Notes: a model not told the origin generated them from the sequence alone. Positions 1 to 10,099 are shown, numbered from the stretch's first letter. The stretch is DNA of 64,000 nucleotides from an uncultured delta proteobacterium (GCA_963804165.1 CAWDPO010000019.1:32001-96000); one strand, 5' to 3'. Program-made: numbers and translations.

Positions 1-479
1 CCTGCTGCATATTCGGCACTCCAGTCGTGCTCGTAATTCGACTTTTCGATCAGTGTAAACGGAATTTCGCATCGCGTTCCGTCTTGATTCAAGGCAATCT
101 TATCTGCGGAAACCTCCAACAACGGCCCCATAAACGATCTTCGCCCCTTGATCATCTCGCGGGTGCGAACGCGAACGTTCTTACCCACAAAGGGGAGGAA
201 GTGCTCCGGCCGCTTGAGCGGACGGTTCACCCCTGGCGAGGAGACTTCCAACGTATAGGCGCCGTCCACGACTTCGTCGCCGTCTAGAAGCTCGCTCAGT
301 TCCCGGCTCACGCGGCTCAGATCGTCCATGTTCGGACCGCCCTGCTTATCGAGATACAAGCGCAATACGCGACCGCCGCGGCTGCCCTCGTGCCTGAACT
401 CGATGTCGATAATCTCCATTCCCTGAGTTTCCGCCAAAGGCGCCGCGAGCTGCCAAATTCGGGAAATGGTCGCATCCAT
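1..479 (-). CDS. rimP: Ribosome maturation factor RimP (runs off window edge)
   Basis: Manual translation from ATG 479: MDATISRIWQLAAPLAETQGMEIIDIEF...VLRLYLDK...SRELSELLD...YTLEVSSPGVNRPL; not in the ORF track because no stop lies in the window. Confidence 0.93.
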   Translation of the reverse strand, partial: MDATISRIWQLAAPLAETQGMEIIDIEFRHEGSRGGRVLRLYLDKQGGPNMDDLSRVSRELSELLDGDEVVDGAYTLEVSSPGVNRPLKRPEHFLPFVGKNVRVRTREMIKGRRSFMGPLLEVSADKIALNQDGTRCEIPFTLIEKSNYEHDWSAEYAA

Positions 480-492
480 GGTTGCGGCCCAG

Positions 493-520
493 AAACAAAA
501 AAAGCGGGCAAAGCCCACTT
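493..520 (-). promoter_or_regulatory. rimP leader terminator-like hairpin
   Basis: Minus strand AAGTGGGC-TTT-GCCCGCTT followed by a T tract just upstream of the rimP start; such hairpins are known upstream of rimP-nusA operons. Confidence 0.7.
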
Positions 521-644
521 CAGTACTAACTCCTAAAGTGTAAGAAAATTACTACCATGTGCAACCTCGTCAATGCAAGGCCCGGGACGGTTCGCGCGAT
601 TGCACCGCTGTCGGTATTTGCTATGATTCGGTCTTTAAATTCTC

Positions 645-1763
645 TTGCCTCCCATGAACGCATTGACTTCACGTAAACGGCGCTCGCCCAGGCAGATATC
701 GTGGGAACAAATCCTTGCAAACCTCGACGACGGTGTGATCGCACTCGACGTCGACGACAAAGTTATTTTCTTCAACGAAGCCTCGGAAGTGCTTACCGAT
801 ATCTCATCGGGATCGGCAACGGGGCAGGCCTTGGAGCAAATTTTCAAACGCGAGCCGTGGCTGGTCGACCTCGTGAAAACAACCCATCCGCCGCGCCAAA
901 GGCGGGCTCGCGGCGAGGGCGATTTCATCAACCGCTGGGGGCGAAAGATTCCCGTGGGCGTCACCGTTTCGTCCCTGCAAGATCGGCACGGTCATTTTGT
1001 CGGCACGATTTTGCTTTTGCGCGACATCAAACGACGCAAAGAGTTAGAAGAAGATCTCAAGCGCGCCGATCGCCTGGTCTTGATGGGCACTCTCGCCGCG
1101 GGTCTCGCCCATGAGATTCGCAATCCCCTCGGCGGCATTAAAGGCGCCGCGCAGTTGCTGCGCCGCTCCGCGGACGGTAATCCTTCGGTACGAGAGTTTA
1201 CCAGCATCATGATCCGTGAGGTGGATCGGGTCGATCAACTCATTGAACAACTGCTCGATCTGTCGCGCCCAGCGCAACTGACGCTGGGCCCTGTCAATAT
1301 TCACGAGGTATTGGAAGACGTCTTGCTGCTCGAACGCCAAACTGTCGGGGCTAAAGAGATTCATGTAAGAAAGTGGTTCGATCCGAGCCTGCCGCCGATC
1401 CGTGGCGACCGCGGCCGGCTCACGCAAGTCTTTCTCAATCTGGTGAAGAACGCCTTTCAGGCGATGGTTGGCGGCGGCGTGCTGACGGTGACAACTCGGG
1501 TGGAAACGGATTATCATATACGCGAGCATGGCACCGGGCCCAATCGCTTTATCTGGGTGGACCTCGCCGACGAAGGACGCGGCATCACCGAAGAGGATCT
1601 ACCGCATATCTTCTCGCCGTTTTTCACGACCAAAACCAACGGCACCGGACTCGGCTTGGCAACCTGCTATCGCATCATAAAGGAACACGGCGGCATGATC
1701 CGCGTTGAAAGCACCGAAGGAAAGGGAAGCATCTTTAGAGTCTCATTGGTGGTAGCCGACTAA
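645..1763 (+). CDS. ntrB: PAS-domain sensor histidine kinase, NtrB-like
   Basis: PAS region, H-box LAHEIRNPL, N-box QVFLNLVKNA, FFTTK and GTGLGL motifs. Confidence 0.8.
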   Translation: MPPMNALTSRKRRSPRQISWEQILANLDDGVIALDVDDKVIFFNEASEVLTDISSGSATGQALEQIFKREPWLVDLVKTTHPPRQRRARGEGDFINRWGRKIPVGVTVSSLQDRHGHFVGTILLLRDIKRRKELEEDLKRADRLVLMGTLAAGLAHEIRNPLGGIKGAAQLLRRSADGNPSVREFTSIMIREVDRVDQLIEQLLDLSRPAQLTLGPVNIHEVLEDVLLLERQTVGAKEIHVRKWFDPSLPPIRGDRGRLTQVFLNLVKNAFQAMVGGGVLTVTTRVETDYHIREHGTGPNRFIWVDLADEGRGITEEDLPHIFSPFFTTKTNGTGLGLATCYRIIKEHGGMIRVESTEGKGSIFRVSLVVAD

Positions 1764-1764
1764 A

Positions 1765-3210
1765 ATGGATCAAGGAAAAATACTCATTACAGAAGACGAA
1801 GAGTCGCTCAGATTTGTCTTACAGAAAGCTCTCGAGACCGAAGGATATTGGGTTCAGATCGCGGCCAACGGCGCGAGCGCGCGACGGCTTTTGACCGAAA
1901 GCCACTTCGACGTTTCCCTAATGGACATCAAGTTACCCGACATCGACGGCTTGGAGCTGCTCAAGGAAATCAAGGAAAATGGCATCGACACCGCGATGAT
2001 CCTGATGACCGCGCAGAATACCATGCGCAACGCCATCGGCGCCATGAAGAACGGCGCCTTCGACTACATCACGAAACCTTTCGATCTGGATGAAGTCCTG
2101 GTGTTGGTCAAGCGCGCCATGGATAGCCGCAAGCTCACGCGCGACTTTCGCGAGCTCAAAGAGGAAGTCAAAAAGCGCTTCGAGCCCGGCGTCAACATCA
2201 TCGGCACCAGTCCGAGCATGCAGGTCGTCTACAAGACGATCGGCCAAGTGGTTGACACTCAGGCGACCATTCTGATTCTTGGCGAGAGCGGCACGGGCAA
2301 GGAACTGGTGGCGAAAACCATCCATTATAACTCGCCGCGCTGGAACCAACCCTTCGTCGCGATCAATTGCGCCGCGATACCGCGCGATTTACTCGAAAGC
2401 GAGCTGTTCGGCCATGAAAAAGGTGCCTTCACCGGCGCTCTCGACCGCCGGCTTGGTAAGTTCGAGCTGGCCGACAGCGGCACGCTGTTCTTGGATGAAG
2501 TAGGCGACATTCCCTTGGATCTGCAGACCAAATTATTGCGTGTCTTGCAGGATCATGAATACAGCCGGGTCGGCGGCCGGGACGTGATGAAAGCCGACGT
2601 GCGCATATTAGCCGCCACCAATCAGGACTTGGATAAGGCCGTTAAGGAAAAACGTTTTCGTGAAGATCTTTATTTCCGGCTCAAAGTAATTCCGATCTAC
2701 CTGCCCCCATTGCGCGAGCGGCGCGGCGACATTCCGCTTTTGATCGGCTATTTCGTCGATAAGATCAACCGCGAAATGGGTATTCAAATCTCCGGAGTTT
2801 CGCCGGAGGCGCAAAAACTCTTGGAAGAGCATACCTGGCCCGGTAACGTGCGGGAACTGGAAAATACATTGATCCGCGCCGCGGTGTTGTCCTCGGGGCC
2901 GATCATGTTCCCCAAGGATTTTACGTTACAAAACAAACCGGCGACGACTACGCTGGAAGTCGACCAGCTCTCCTTGGAAGAAATCATCCGGCACAAGCTC
3001 GAGGATTATTTTCGTCGGACTGAAGGCGTCGATGTGGATAATCTCTACTCGCTCGTCATCGAGCGGGTCGAGCGCCCGCTGATCGAGCTCACGCTCAAGA
3101 AGACCAAGGGCAATCAAATCCGCGCCGCGCAGATCCTCGGGATCAACCGAAATACCCTGCGCAAAAAGATCACCGATCTGCGCATCGAGCTCAAAAAAGA
3201 ACCCTCGTAG
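1765..3210 (+). CDS. ntrC: Sigma54-dependent response regulator, NtrC-like
   Basis: Receiver domain, GESGTGKE, ESELFGHEKGAFTGA, WPGNVRELEN, Fis-type HTH GNQIRAAQILGINRNTLRKK. Confidence 0.85.
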   Translation: MDQGKILITEDEESLRFVLQKALETEGYWVQIAANGASARRLLTESHFDVSLMDIKLPDIDGLELLKEIKENGIDTAMILMTAQNTMRNAIGAMKNGAFDYITKPFDLDEVLVLVKRAMDSRKLTRDFRELKEEVKKRFEPGVNIIGTSPSMQVVYKTIGQVVDTQATILILGESGTGKELVAKTIHYNSPRWNQPFVAINCAAIPRDLLESELFGHEKGAFTGALDRRLGKFELADSGTLFLDEVGDIPLDLQTKLLRVLQDHEYSRVGGRDVMKADVRILAATNQDLDKAVKEKRFREDLYFRLKVIPIYLPPLRERRGDIPLLIGYFVDKINREMGIQISGVSPEAQKLLEEHTWPGNVRELENTLIRAAVLSSGPIMFPKDFTLQNKPATTTLEVDQLSLEEIIRHKLEDYFRRTEGVDVDNLYSLVIERVERPLIELTLKKTKGNQIRAAQILGINRNTLRKKITDLRIELKKEPS

Positions 3211-3216
3211 AACTTC

Positions 3217-3846
3217 ATGCCGTCGCTCGTGCTGCCGCCGCTCTACGCCATCCTCGATCCGGAACAAACCAAGGGCCGCGCTGCCGAAAAAGTGCTCCAT
3301 GATCTCCTAGAAGGCGGCGCCAAGTTCCTCCAACTGCGGGTCAAATCACTTCCAGCCAGTGATTTTTTTGAGCTGGCGCGACGCGCTCGAGCAGCGACCC
3401 GATCTCACGGATGCAAACTGATCGTCAACGATCGAGTCGACATCGCTCTAGCTTGTGACGCCGACGGTGTGCATCTAGGTCAGGACGACCTTCCTCTCGC
3501 CGTCGGCAAAAAACTCATGGGGCAAAAAATCGTCGGCATTTCGACGCATGATCTCGAGCAAGCACAGGAGGCCGAACAAAACGGCGCCGATTATATCGGC
3601 TTCGGTCCGATGTTCGGCACGACCACGAAAAATACGAGCGTCACGCCTCGCGGTGTTGCAATGCTCCGGCAAATTCGCGCTGCAGTAAGACTGCCCATCG
3701 TCGCCATCGGCGGCATCACGGAACAGAGCGCCACGCAAGTTTGGCAAGCCGGAGCCGATTCCGTGGCGATCATTAGCGACCTCGCTGGGGCGGATGACAT
3801 CGTTTCGAAAGCCCGGCGGATCATCTCAGCTCACCCCAGCGCTTGA
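3217..3846 (+). CDS. thiE: Thiamine-phosphate synthase
   Basis: QLRVK, IVNDRVD, GVHLGQDD, GISTH, FGTTTK, AIGGI motifs. Confidence 0.92.
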   Translation: MPSLVLPPLYAILDPEQTKGRAAEKVLHDLLEGGAKFLQLRVKSLPASDFFELARRARAATRSHGCKLIVNDRVDIALACDADGVHLGQDDLPLAVGKKLMGQKIVGISTHDLEQAQEAEQNGADYIGFGPMFGTTTKNTSVTPRGVAMLRQIRAAVRLPIVAIGGITEQSATQVWQAGADSVAIISDLAGADDIVSKARRIISAHPSA

Positions 3847-3872
3847 CGCTTTAAAACAACGGAAATCACCGT

Positions 3873-4352
3873 ATGACAAGCAACTTCAAAACAGCGCCCG
3901 ATAACCGCTATTTTGAAGACTACATCCCCGGGGCCGTGCATGAATTCGGCTCTATCAGCGTCGACGAGCAAGAAGTTCTCGAATTCGGCAAGCGTTTCGT
4001 GCCGCTCTCCTACCACATCGACAAAGAAGCCGCGAAGAACAGCATCTACGGCGGCGTGATCGCCAGCGGCTGGCACACCGCGGCACTCATGATGCGGGTC
4101 TATACGGAAAACTATCTTTCCAAAGTAGCCAATCTCGGCTCGCCGGGCGGTGACGAGCTGCGTTGGGACAAGCCCGTCTTTCCCGGCGACGTCTTGTCTG
4201 TGCGCGCAACAGTTCTCGAGGCGCGGCGTTCCGAATCCCGGCCCGATCGCGGCATTGTCCGCACATTTATCGAAGTGCTAAATCAGCAGCGCGACGTGGT
4301 GATGAGCATGAAGATGGTGAACTTTGTACGTTTCCGCGAAAATTCTCGCTAA
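3873..4352 (+). CDS. MaoC-family dehydratase (hotdog fold)
   Basis: YFEDY, H-ID-EAA, IASGWHT, KPVFPGD motifs. Confidence 0.85.
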   Translation: MTSNFKTAPDNRYFEDYIPGAVHEFGSISVDEQEVLEFGKRFVPLSYHIDKEAAKNSIYGGVIASGWHTAALMMRVYTENYLSKVANLGSPGGDELRWDKPVFPGDVLSVRATVLEARRSESRPDRGIVRTFIEVLNQQRDVVMSMKMVNFVRFRENSR

Positions 4353-4506
4353 CCCCCTGCCGCCCACGTCAACGGGAAGATACTTTGGAGCGTTCACGGG
4401 CCAGAAACGTCCCAAACGGACGTTACCCATCCCGGCCCATGATTCACGTCGAGCCGATGGCAAGACAAATGGGAAGCCACTTGAAAGTTTCTTCGGAGAT
4501 TCGTGA

Positions 4507-6108
4507 ATGGCAGAATCACTTGTTGCGTATCGACCACTGCGCCAGATCGCGTGCCGCGCAACTGATTTCTTTCATGCCAAGGCGCCGCCGCTGAACCTGG
4601 CAGTCTTTCGCATTTTCGTCTGCGCCGCCCTGCTTTTTCACACGCCGCGCTCCTCTGACTTCCTGACGCTCCCGGAGACTTTGCTGCAAGTGCCCTTTGG
4701 CAGCAAAATCTTTTATATACTGACCCCGAAGACCCAATTGTGGAGCGATGTCCTCTCAAGTGTTTTCGCTCTCTCATGCCTTTGCGGAATCGTCGGCCTG
4801 TATACGCGCTTTGCCGTGGCAATCGCTGGTGCGACAGGCCTATTCGTCTATGGGCTGCCGCAGTTTTTCGGCAAGGTAGATCACAGCCATCATCTCGTTT
4901 GGTTCGCTGTCCTCCTCGCGTGCAGTCCCTGCGGTGACGCCGTTTCGGTGGACGGGTGGCGGGCCAAGCTCTCGGGCCGCGCCAAGTATATGGAACTGAT
5001 GCCGGCACGGAAGTACGCGTTACCGCTGCGCCTTGCGTGGGTGATCATGGGGCTGATCTATTTTTTTCCAGGAGTATGGAAACTGCTTGCCGTTGGTTGG
5101 GACTGGGCGCTCAGCGACAACATCAAGTACACCATATATCACAAGTGGTTCGATCTCGGTGTGTATCGGCCGCCTTTTTCGGTCGATGCTTACCCGCTCG
5201 TCTACCGAAGCCTTGGACTTGCCGCGTTACTGTTCGAGCTTGGCTTCATCGTCGCCATCTTCCTGGTGCCCCTGCGCCGGCTGTGCGTGGTCGCCGGCCT
5301 TGCCTTCCACACCTGGATCTATTTTTTCCTCGACATAAAGCTTTACGGACTGCCCTGGTGCTACGTCGCGCTCATCGACTGGGCCGCGCTACGGCATCGC
5401 CTGAGCGGTTCGAACGAGTCTCCTCGTTTTGCCCGCAATCCCGGCCCCGAAAGTGGGCAGGATACCGGCGATACGCTGCCAATCCGCGTCGCCGGAGCCA
5501 CGCTGATAGCCGGAGTGATCCTGTCCGGAGCGACGCACCTCAACTCCTGGCCATTCGCCGTGTATCCAACTTTCGCGGCCCACTATGGCCCGACCATCGC
5601 AACCCTCCGCGTCGATGCGATCTCACCGGGCGGGCGGGCGACGATCGACACCACGACCCTTTACTCGCTCTTCGTCACCCCGATGCGCTGGCGCGTCGTG
5701 CAATATCGAGCGCTCCTCGCCGAAGATCACGAGACGCGGCGGCGCTACTGCGAAGCGCTGCGAGCGCTGTTCACAACTCGGCTAAACGAGCTACAGGCTG
5801 CCGATCGGGTGGAGCTCCGACAAGTTGTTCAGTGGGTCGATCCAGCGCGCCGCCATGACCCGCCGCTCGCGGACGAGCTCTACTGCTCCTGGCAAACGGC
5901 CGCTAGCAAAGAGCCTCTGGCGCAGATCTCCGACAAAACTGTAGATGTGAGGGATGCGATCCCTGTTCTGCATCGCATTTATATGCGCGATGCTCCCCTC
6001 GCCGAACGCATGGGTGCCGCCCTGAGAATAATTCTCGGCATCGACGATTCGACTTCATCGCGGAACGACTCACCACGACATCTTCCGGCGCGTACGAAAG
6101 TGGAATGA
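4507..6108 (+). CDS. HTTM-domain (vitamin K-dependent carboxylase-like) membrane protein
   Basis: Multi-TM; LAVFRI, GLYTR, SVD, IYFFPGVWK, FELG, AFH and WPF-YP-F motifs typical of HTTM proteins. Confidence 0.7.
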   Translation: MAESLVAYRPLRQIACRATDFFHAKAPPLNLAVFRIFVCAALLFHTPRSSDFLTLPETLLQVPFGSKIFYILTPKTQLWSDVLSSVFALSCLCGIVGLYTRFAVAIAGATGLFVYGLPQFFGKVDHSHHLVWFAVLLACSPCGDAVSVDGWRAKLSGRAKYMELMPARKYALPLRLAWVIMGLIYFFPGVWKLLAVGWDWALSDNIKYTIYHKWFDLGVYRPPFSVDAYPLVYRSLGLAALLFELGFIVAIFLVPLRRLCVVAGLAFHTWIYFFLDIKLYGLPWCYVALIDWAALRHRLSGSNESPRFARNPGPESGQDTGDTLPIRVAGATLIAGVILSGATHLNSWPFAVYPTFAAHYGPTIATLRVDAISPGGRATIDTTTLYSLFVTPMRWRVVQYRALLAEDHETRRRYCEALRALFTTRLNELQAADRVELRQVVQWVDPARRHDPPLADELYCSWQTAASKEPLAQISDKTVDVRDAIPVLHRIYMRDAPLAERMGAALRIILGIDDSTSSRNDSPRHLPARTKVE

Positions 6109-7673
6109 GAAAAATAACAAGCATCGCGCCGGTACGGATCTCGTATCTGCTTCTGCTCCTCATCTGCGGTATCACCCTCGCCGATCATTCTATCGAGCTC
6201 TTCGATATGGCGCTGGCCCGGATACGCTATCCCTATGAGCTCAATTACACTGAAGGATCCATTCTCTGCCAGATTCAAGACTTGGTCGGCGAAGCTTCGC
6301 TCTACGGGAAAGTCGGCGCGCGTCCCTATACGTTCACCGTCTACCCGCCGCTCTATCATGCGGTCACCGCAGCTCTCTCCACGCAAATTGGAGATGCCGT
6401 ACTGGCAGGACGGACGCTTTCTTTTGCGTGCGCGCTGGTTCTCGCACTCGTCCTCGCTGCCCTCATTTTTCGCCTTGGCGCTAGCGCCCCCGCTCTTATC
6501 CGGTGGGCTGCCGCAATGATTACCGCAGTGTCGTTTTTGGCAACCGGCCCCGTCGTCGATGCAGCGACTTCCATGCGAGTGGATATGCTGGCGCTGACCC
6601 TGGCCGTGTGCGGTCTCTACCTGTTCCTCAGCTCCTCCAGCACCGGTGGCAAGGCGGTGGCTCTGGTTTTCTTTATTCTCGCCCTGCTGGCCAAACACAC
6701 GGCAATCGCCGCGCCCGCCGCATGCATTTTCGGCAGCGCAATGATCAGGCCACGACTAGCGTTGAAGCTCGGCCTCGCGTTTGCGCTTTTGCTGGGAATC
6801 GCGTTCGGCGCGCTGGGTCTGATCTTTGGCGACGCGGTTTACTTCCACATCTTCCGCGCGAACGCCCTCTCGTACCGTCTACTTCAGGCGGTCAAAGTGG
6901 TCTGGCGGTTCAATATCCAGTATTCCGTTCTCGCAGTCACCGGAATTGGCGCTTTAATTTATTTCGTGTGGAACATGCTGATGGCACAACGCACGCAAGC
7001 CGTTTGCGCCAAAAAATGGACGCTGCTTGTCTATTGTGTCATCGCAGGAGCTTCCCTGCTCGGTACCGGTCGGGTTGGCACCGCCGCCAATCATCTGCTC
7101 GAAGTCACTGTCGCTCTTTGCCTGCTCAGCGGGCTTGCCGTACTTTGGACCGGTAGCTATCTGTGGACCCGAGCGCCGCAATCGACATGGCTGCTGCCGA
7201 CGGCTTTCGCGATGGTGCTGCCGACCGCACTGGTCTGGCAGGCCACACAAAACACGCCTCCGCAGCGATTCTCCATGCCCGACTATAGTCCAACCTCGCT
7301 GTGGGTGCGCGAGACCCTTCTCGATCGTATCCGGGCAACGCCGGGACCGGTATTCGGCGTCACACAGTTTCTCGTTTGCAGGGCGGGAAAGCCGGCGCAG
7401 ATCAATACCTTCATGGTGGCGCAGCTTGCCCGGATCGGCGTTTGGGACGCCCGTCTGTTTCGAGACGACATCCGTCGCAAGGAATTCGCGCTCGTGTTTC
7501 TCGATTTCGATCTGATGGGGGAACGCTACAAAGGGCAGCGATTCACGCCGGAGATCCTTGACGCTCTTCGCGAGAACTATCGACCAGACGAGCGGCTCGG
7601 CCCATACCATCTTTATCGTCCCGTTGCCGTGAGCGCTCTCTCTACAGCAGCGCACGCCCTAGGGGAGCCTTAG
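6105..7673 (+). CDS. Polytopic membrane glycosyltransferase (GT-C/ArnT-PMT-like)
   Basis: Y-EG, YPPLYH, GR-LS, RVDM, LAKH motifs with many TM helices; ATGA overlap with upstream gene. Confidence 0.65.
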   Translation: MRKITSIAPVRISYLLLLLICGITLADHSIELFDMALARIRYPYELNYTEGSILCQIQDLVGEASLYGKVGARPYTFTVYPPLYHAVTAALSTQIGDAVLAGRTLSFACALVLALVLAALIFRLGASAPALIRWAAAMITAVSFLATGPVVDAATSMRVDMLALTLAVCGLYLFLSSSSTGGKAVALVFFILALLAKHTAIAAPAACIFGSAMIRPRLALKLGLAFALLLGIAFGALGLIFGDAVYFHIFRANALSYRLLQAVKVVWRFNIQYSVLAVTGIGALIYFVWNMLMAQRTQAVCAKKWTLLVYCVIAGASLLGTGRVGTAANHLLEVTVALCLLSGLAVLWTGSYLWTRAPQSTWLLPTAFAMVLPTALVWQATQNTPPQRFSMPDYSPTSLWVRETLLDRIRATPGPVFGVTQFLVCRAGKPAQINTFMVAQLARIGVWDARLFRDDIRRKEFALVFLDFDLMGERYKGQRFTPEILDALRENYRPDERLGPYHLYRPVAVSALSTAAHALGEP

Positions 7674-7801
7674 GTCACTTCAGACGCGAAGTCGCGATGA
7701 GTGAGAATTTCGTGAAACGTCGCAATGCCGGATGGCCATTTTTGTTGGAACGAGGGCAACGTCTTTGTGATACACGTGCGATCTATCAACAGGTCAATTA
7801 A

Positions 7802-8988
7802 GGAATCTCTGAACAAGCCCTTGAGTAATGTCGTCTAATATCGAAAAGCAGCAAGACCGACAATGGTAGAGGAGGAAACAGATTGAAGGAGCAGACAACG
7901 TTTGCGAGTTTAGCGTGGGCGGGAAAGAAAAAGCAGACCAAGCGAGAGAAGTTTTTGTCTGAGATGGATCAAGTGGTGCCGTGGGAGAAATTGCTGGCGT
8001 TGATCGAAGCGCACTATCCCAAAGCCGGCAGTGGACGGCGACCGATGCCGTTGGAACGGATGCTACGGATATACTTTGTGCAGCAGTGGTACGGGTTGTC
8101 CGATCCCGGGATGGAAGAAGCGTTGTACGACATCGAGTCGGTGCGGCGATTTGCCGGGATAGAGTTGGGGGAAGAAGAAATTCCCGATGAGACCACGATT
8201 TTAAACTTTCGCCACTTACTGGAAAAGCACCAGTTAACCGAGAAGCTGTTGGAAGAGGTCAACGGGTATTTGAGCGAGAAAAGGCTTTTGCTCAGACAAG
8301 GCACGATCGTAGACGCCACGCTGATCGGTGCGCCGTCCTCGACCAAGAACAAGGACAAGAAACGCGACGGGGAGATGAGTTCGACCAAGAAGGGCAACAA
8401 CTACCACTTCGGCATGAAGGTGCACACGGGAACGGACAGTCAGAGCGGTTTGGTGCACACGGTCAAAGTGACCACGGCCAGTGTGCATGACAAGCAGGAG
8501 ATGGAAGCGCTCCTTCATGGAGAAGAGCAAGCGGTGTTTGCCGACAAGGGTTACTTCAGCGACCAGGATAAGCGCTCAGCGAGAAAGACGGGACTATTCT
8601 GGGGCGTGTTGGACAAGGCCAAGAGCAAAAAGAGCTTGAGCCATAAGCAGCGGCGCAGAAACAGAAAACTGTCCAGTATACGGGCCAAGGTGGAGCATCC
8701 GTTTCGGGTGGTCAAGCGCCAGTTCGGCTACATCAAGACCCGGTATCGGGGATTGAAGAAAAACGCGGCACAGATCTACACGCTGTTTGCGCTGGCCAAT
8801 CTGTATCGAGTGCGCCGTGCTTTGTTGGCGTAGTCCGATGGGGAGGAGCTTGGGCCGTCCACAAACGCATTGAGTGGCCAAGAAATCGAGGCAAACCCCA
8901 TCCGATGTAATCACCGAGCCGCTTAGTCAACATGAAACAGTTTTAAATAATCGCCCCCTTCCAAATAACGTAGTTATTCAGAGGTTCC
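7802..8988 (+). mobile_element. Complete IS5-family insertion sequence (1187 bp)
   Basis: IRL GGAATCTCTGAACAA (7802-7816), IRR revcomp GGAACCTCTGAATAA (8974-8988), TTAA duplication at 7798-7801 and 8989-8992. Confidence 0.95.
7883..8833 (+). CDS. IS5-family DDE transposase
   Basis: PDETTILNFRHLLE, IVDATLI, ADKGY, RAKVEHPF, RYRGL motifs. Confidence 0.96.
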   Translation: MKEQTTFASLAWAGKKKQTKREKFLSEMDQVVPWEKLLALIEAHYPKAGSGRRPMPLERMLRIYFVQQWYGLSDPGMEEALYDIESVRRFAGIELGEEEIPDETTILNFRHLLEKHQLTEKLLEEVNGYLSEKRLLLRQGTIVDATLIGAPSSTKNKDKKRDGEMSSTKKGNNYHFGMKVHTGTDSQSGLVHTVKVTTASVHDKQEMEALLHGEEQAVFADKGYFSDQDKRSARKTGLFWGVLDKAKSKKSLSHKQRRRNRKLSSIRAKVEHPFRVVKRQFGYIKTRYRGLKKNAAQIYTLFALANLYRVRRALLA

Positions 8989-9102
8989 TTAAGACTTCGG
9001 CCACCGAAAGTGGCTGTTACGTCGCTATCCCGGTGCGGTACTCCGATGAAACGTTAGTCGGTCCAGATAGCATTTGATCATGCCACCACACATTGTGCTG
9101 AA

Positions 9103-9969
9103 TCAGAAATTCTCGCGGACCCGTAAATAACTGGCAAACCGCGGCAAGCCCGATTGAGTCAGGCCGCGGTAAGTGTAAGTGACGGTCATGCCCAACCGCG
9201 GGGGATTCTTGCGCACTTCATCGCTGAATCCTGTGCCGATCAGAAATTTCTTGCCGTCCGGCATTTGCACGCGCAGGGCGCCGAGCATGCCCTGGTATTT
9301 GCCCTTGCCGGATACATGTTCAATCACCACCGCCTCGGTGTCTTGCAACGGCTTGAGCTTGAGCAAAACATCGCTGCGGCCGGTCACATAATCCGCGTCT
9401 GCCAGATGCAACATGAGCCCTTCGCCGCCGCCACGCACAACGTCGTCCAGTTTGCGTTTGAGCGCCGCGCGGTCAGCCACACGAAATTGCTCCACCGCAA
9501 GTAACTGTGGCCAGTGCGTGCCGGCGACAATTTCTTTAATGCGCTGTGCTCGCTCGGTGAAAGTTCCGGGTGCATTCGGTAGCTCGAAGATCATGTACTT
9601 GAGCTGCCGCCATTCCTCGTCCTGGGGCTCGCTCTTGCGTACGATGCCCGAGAGCGCCTCAAATCGTCCCCGCGCCAGCCATAGCTCACCGTCGAGAGCC
9701 TGCGCGGGCAGTTTAGCGATAAACCACGGCGGCGCGTTGACCACGCGACCGCTGCGAAAACGCAGCACCTCGCCGTCCCAAATAGCGCGCACGCCGTCGT
9801 ATTTTTCGCTGATGAGATATTTGGCCGGGTCAATCTGCGGCCCAAGCTCGTTGGCCAACAACAAAGCCGGCGTTCCACTCGATGCTCCGGCGCTGACAGC
9901 GCTGTGCATGGGTGTGATCAGCGCCAACATCAACAGAATAATGGAGAAGCCGTTAGAAACGGTCTGCAT
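9103..9969 (-). CDS. Minimal ATP-dependent DNA ligase with N-terminal signal peptide (Lig E type)
   Basis: KYDG motif I, LDGEL, EGLML, LLKLK, OB domain IGTGFSD, PRF; hydrophobic N-terminus. Confidence 0.88.
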   Translation of the reverse strand: MQTVSNGFSIILLMLALITPMHSAVSAGASSGTPALLLANELGPQIDPAKYLISEKYDGVRAIWDGEVLRFRSGRVVNAPPWFIAKLPAQALDGELWLARGRFEALSGIVRKSEPQDEEWRQLKYMIFELPNAPGTFTERAQRIKEIVAGTHWPQLLAVEQFRVADRAALKRKLDDVVRGGGEGLMLHLADADYVTGRSDVLLKLKPLQDTEAVVIEHVSGKGKYQGMLGALRVQMPDGKKFLIGTGFSDEVRKNPPRLGMTVTYTYRGLTQSGLPRFASYLRVRENF

Positions 9970-10099
9970 AGGATAGCTGTGGATCAGGCCGTCCAGCCAA
10001 GGCGCAGTTTTACGCCAAGGTCTGCGCGATCGGCAAGCTCGACTTTCGCTGATCTAAAGTATGGGATGTGAAATGGGTAATCTAAAATGCCCGCAACGC

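Noticed and set aside
555-625. NtrC binding sites upstream of ntrB
   Set aside because: Only half-site matches (TGCA/TGCACC); no full TGCACC-N5-TGGTGCA palindrome
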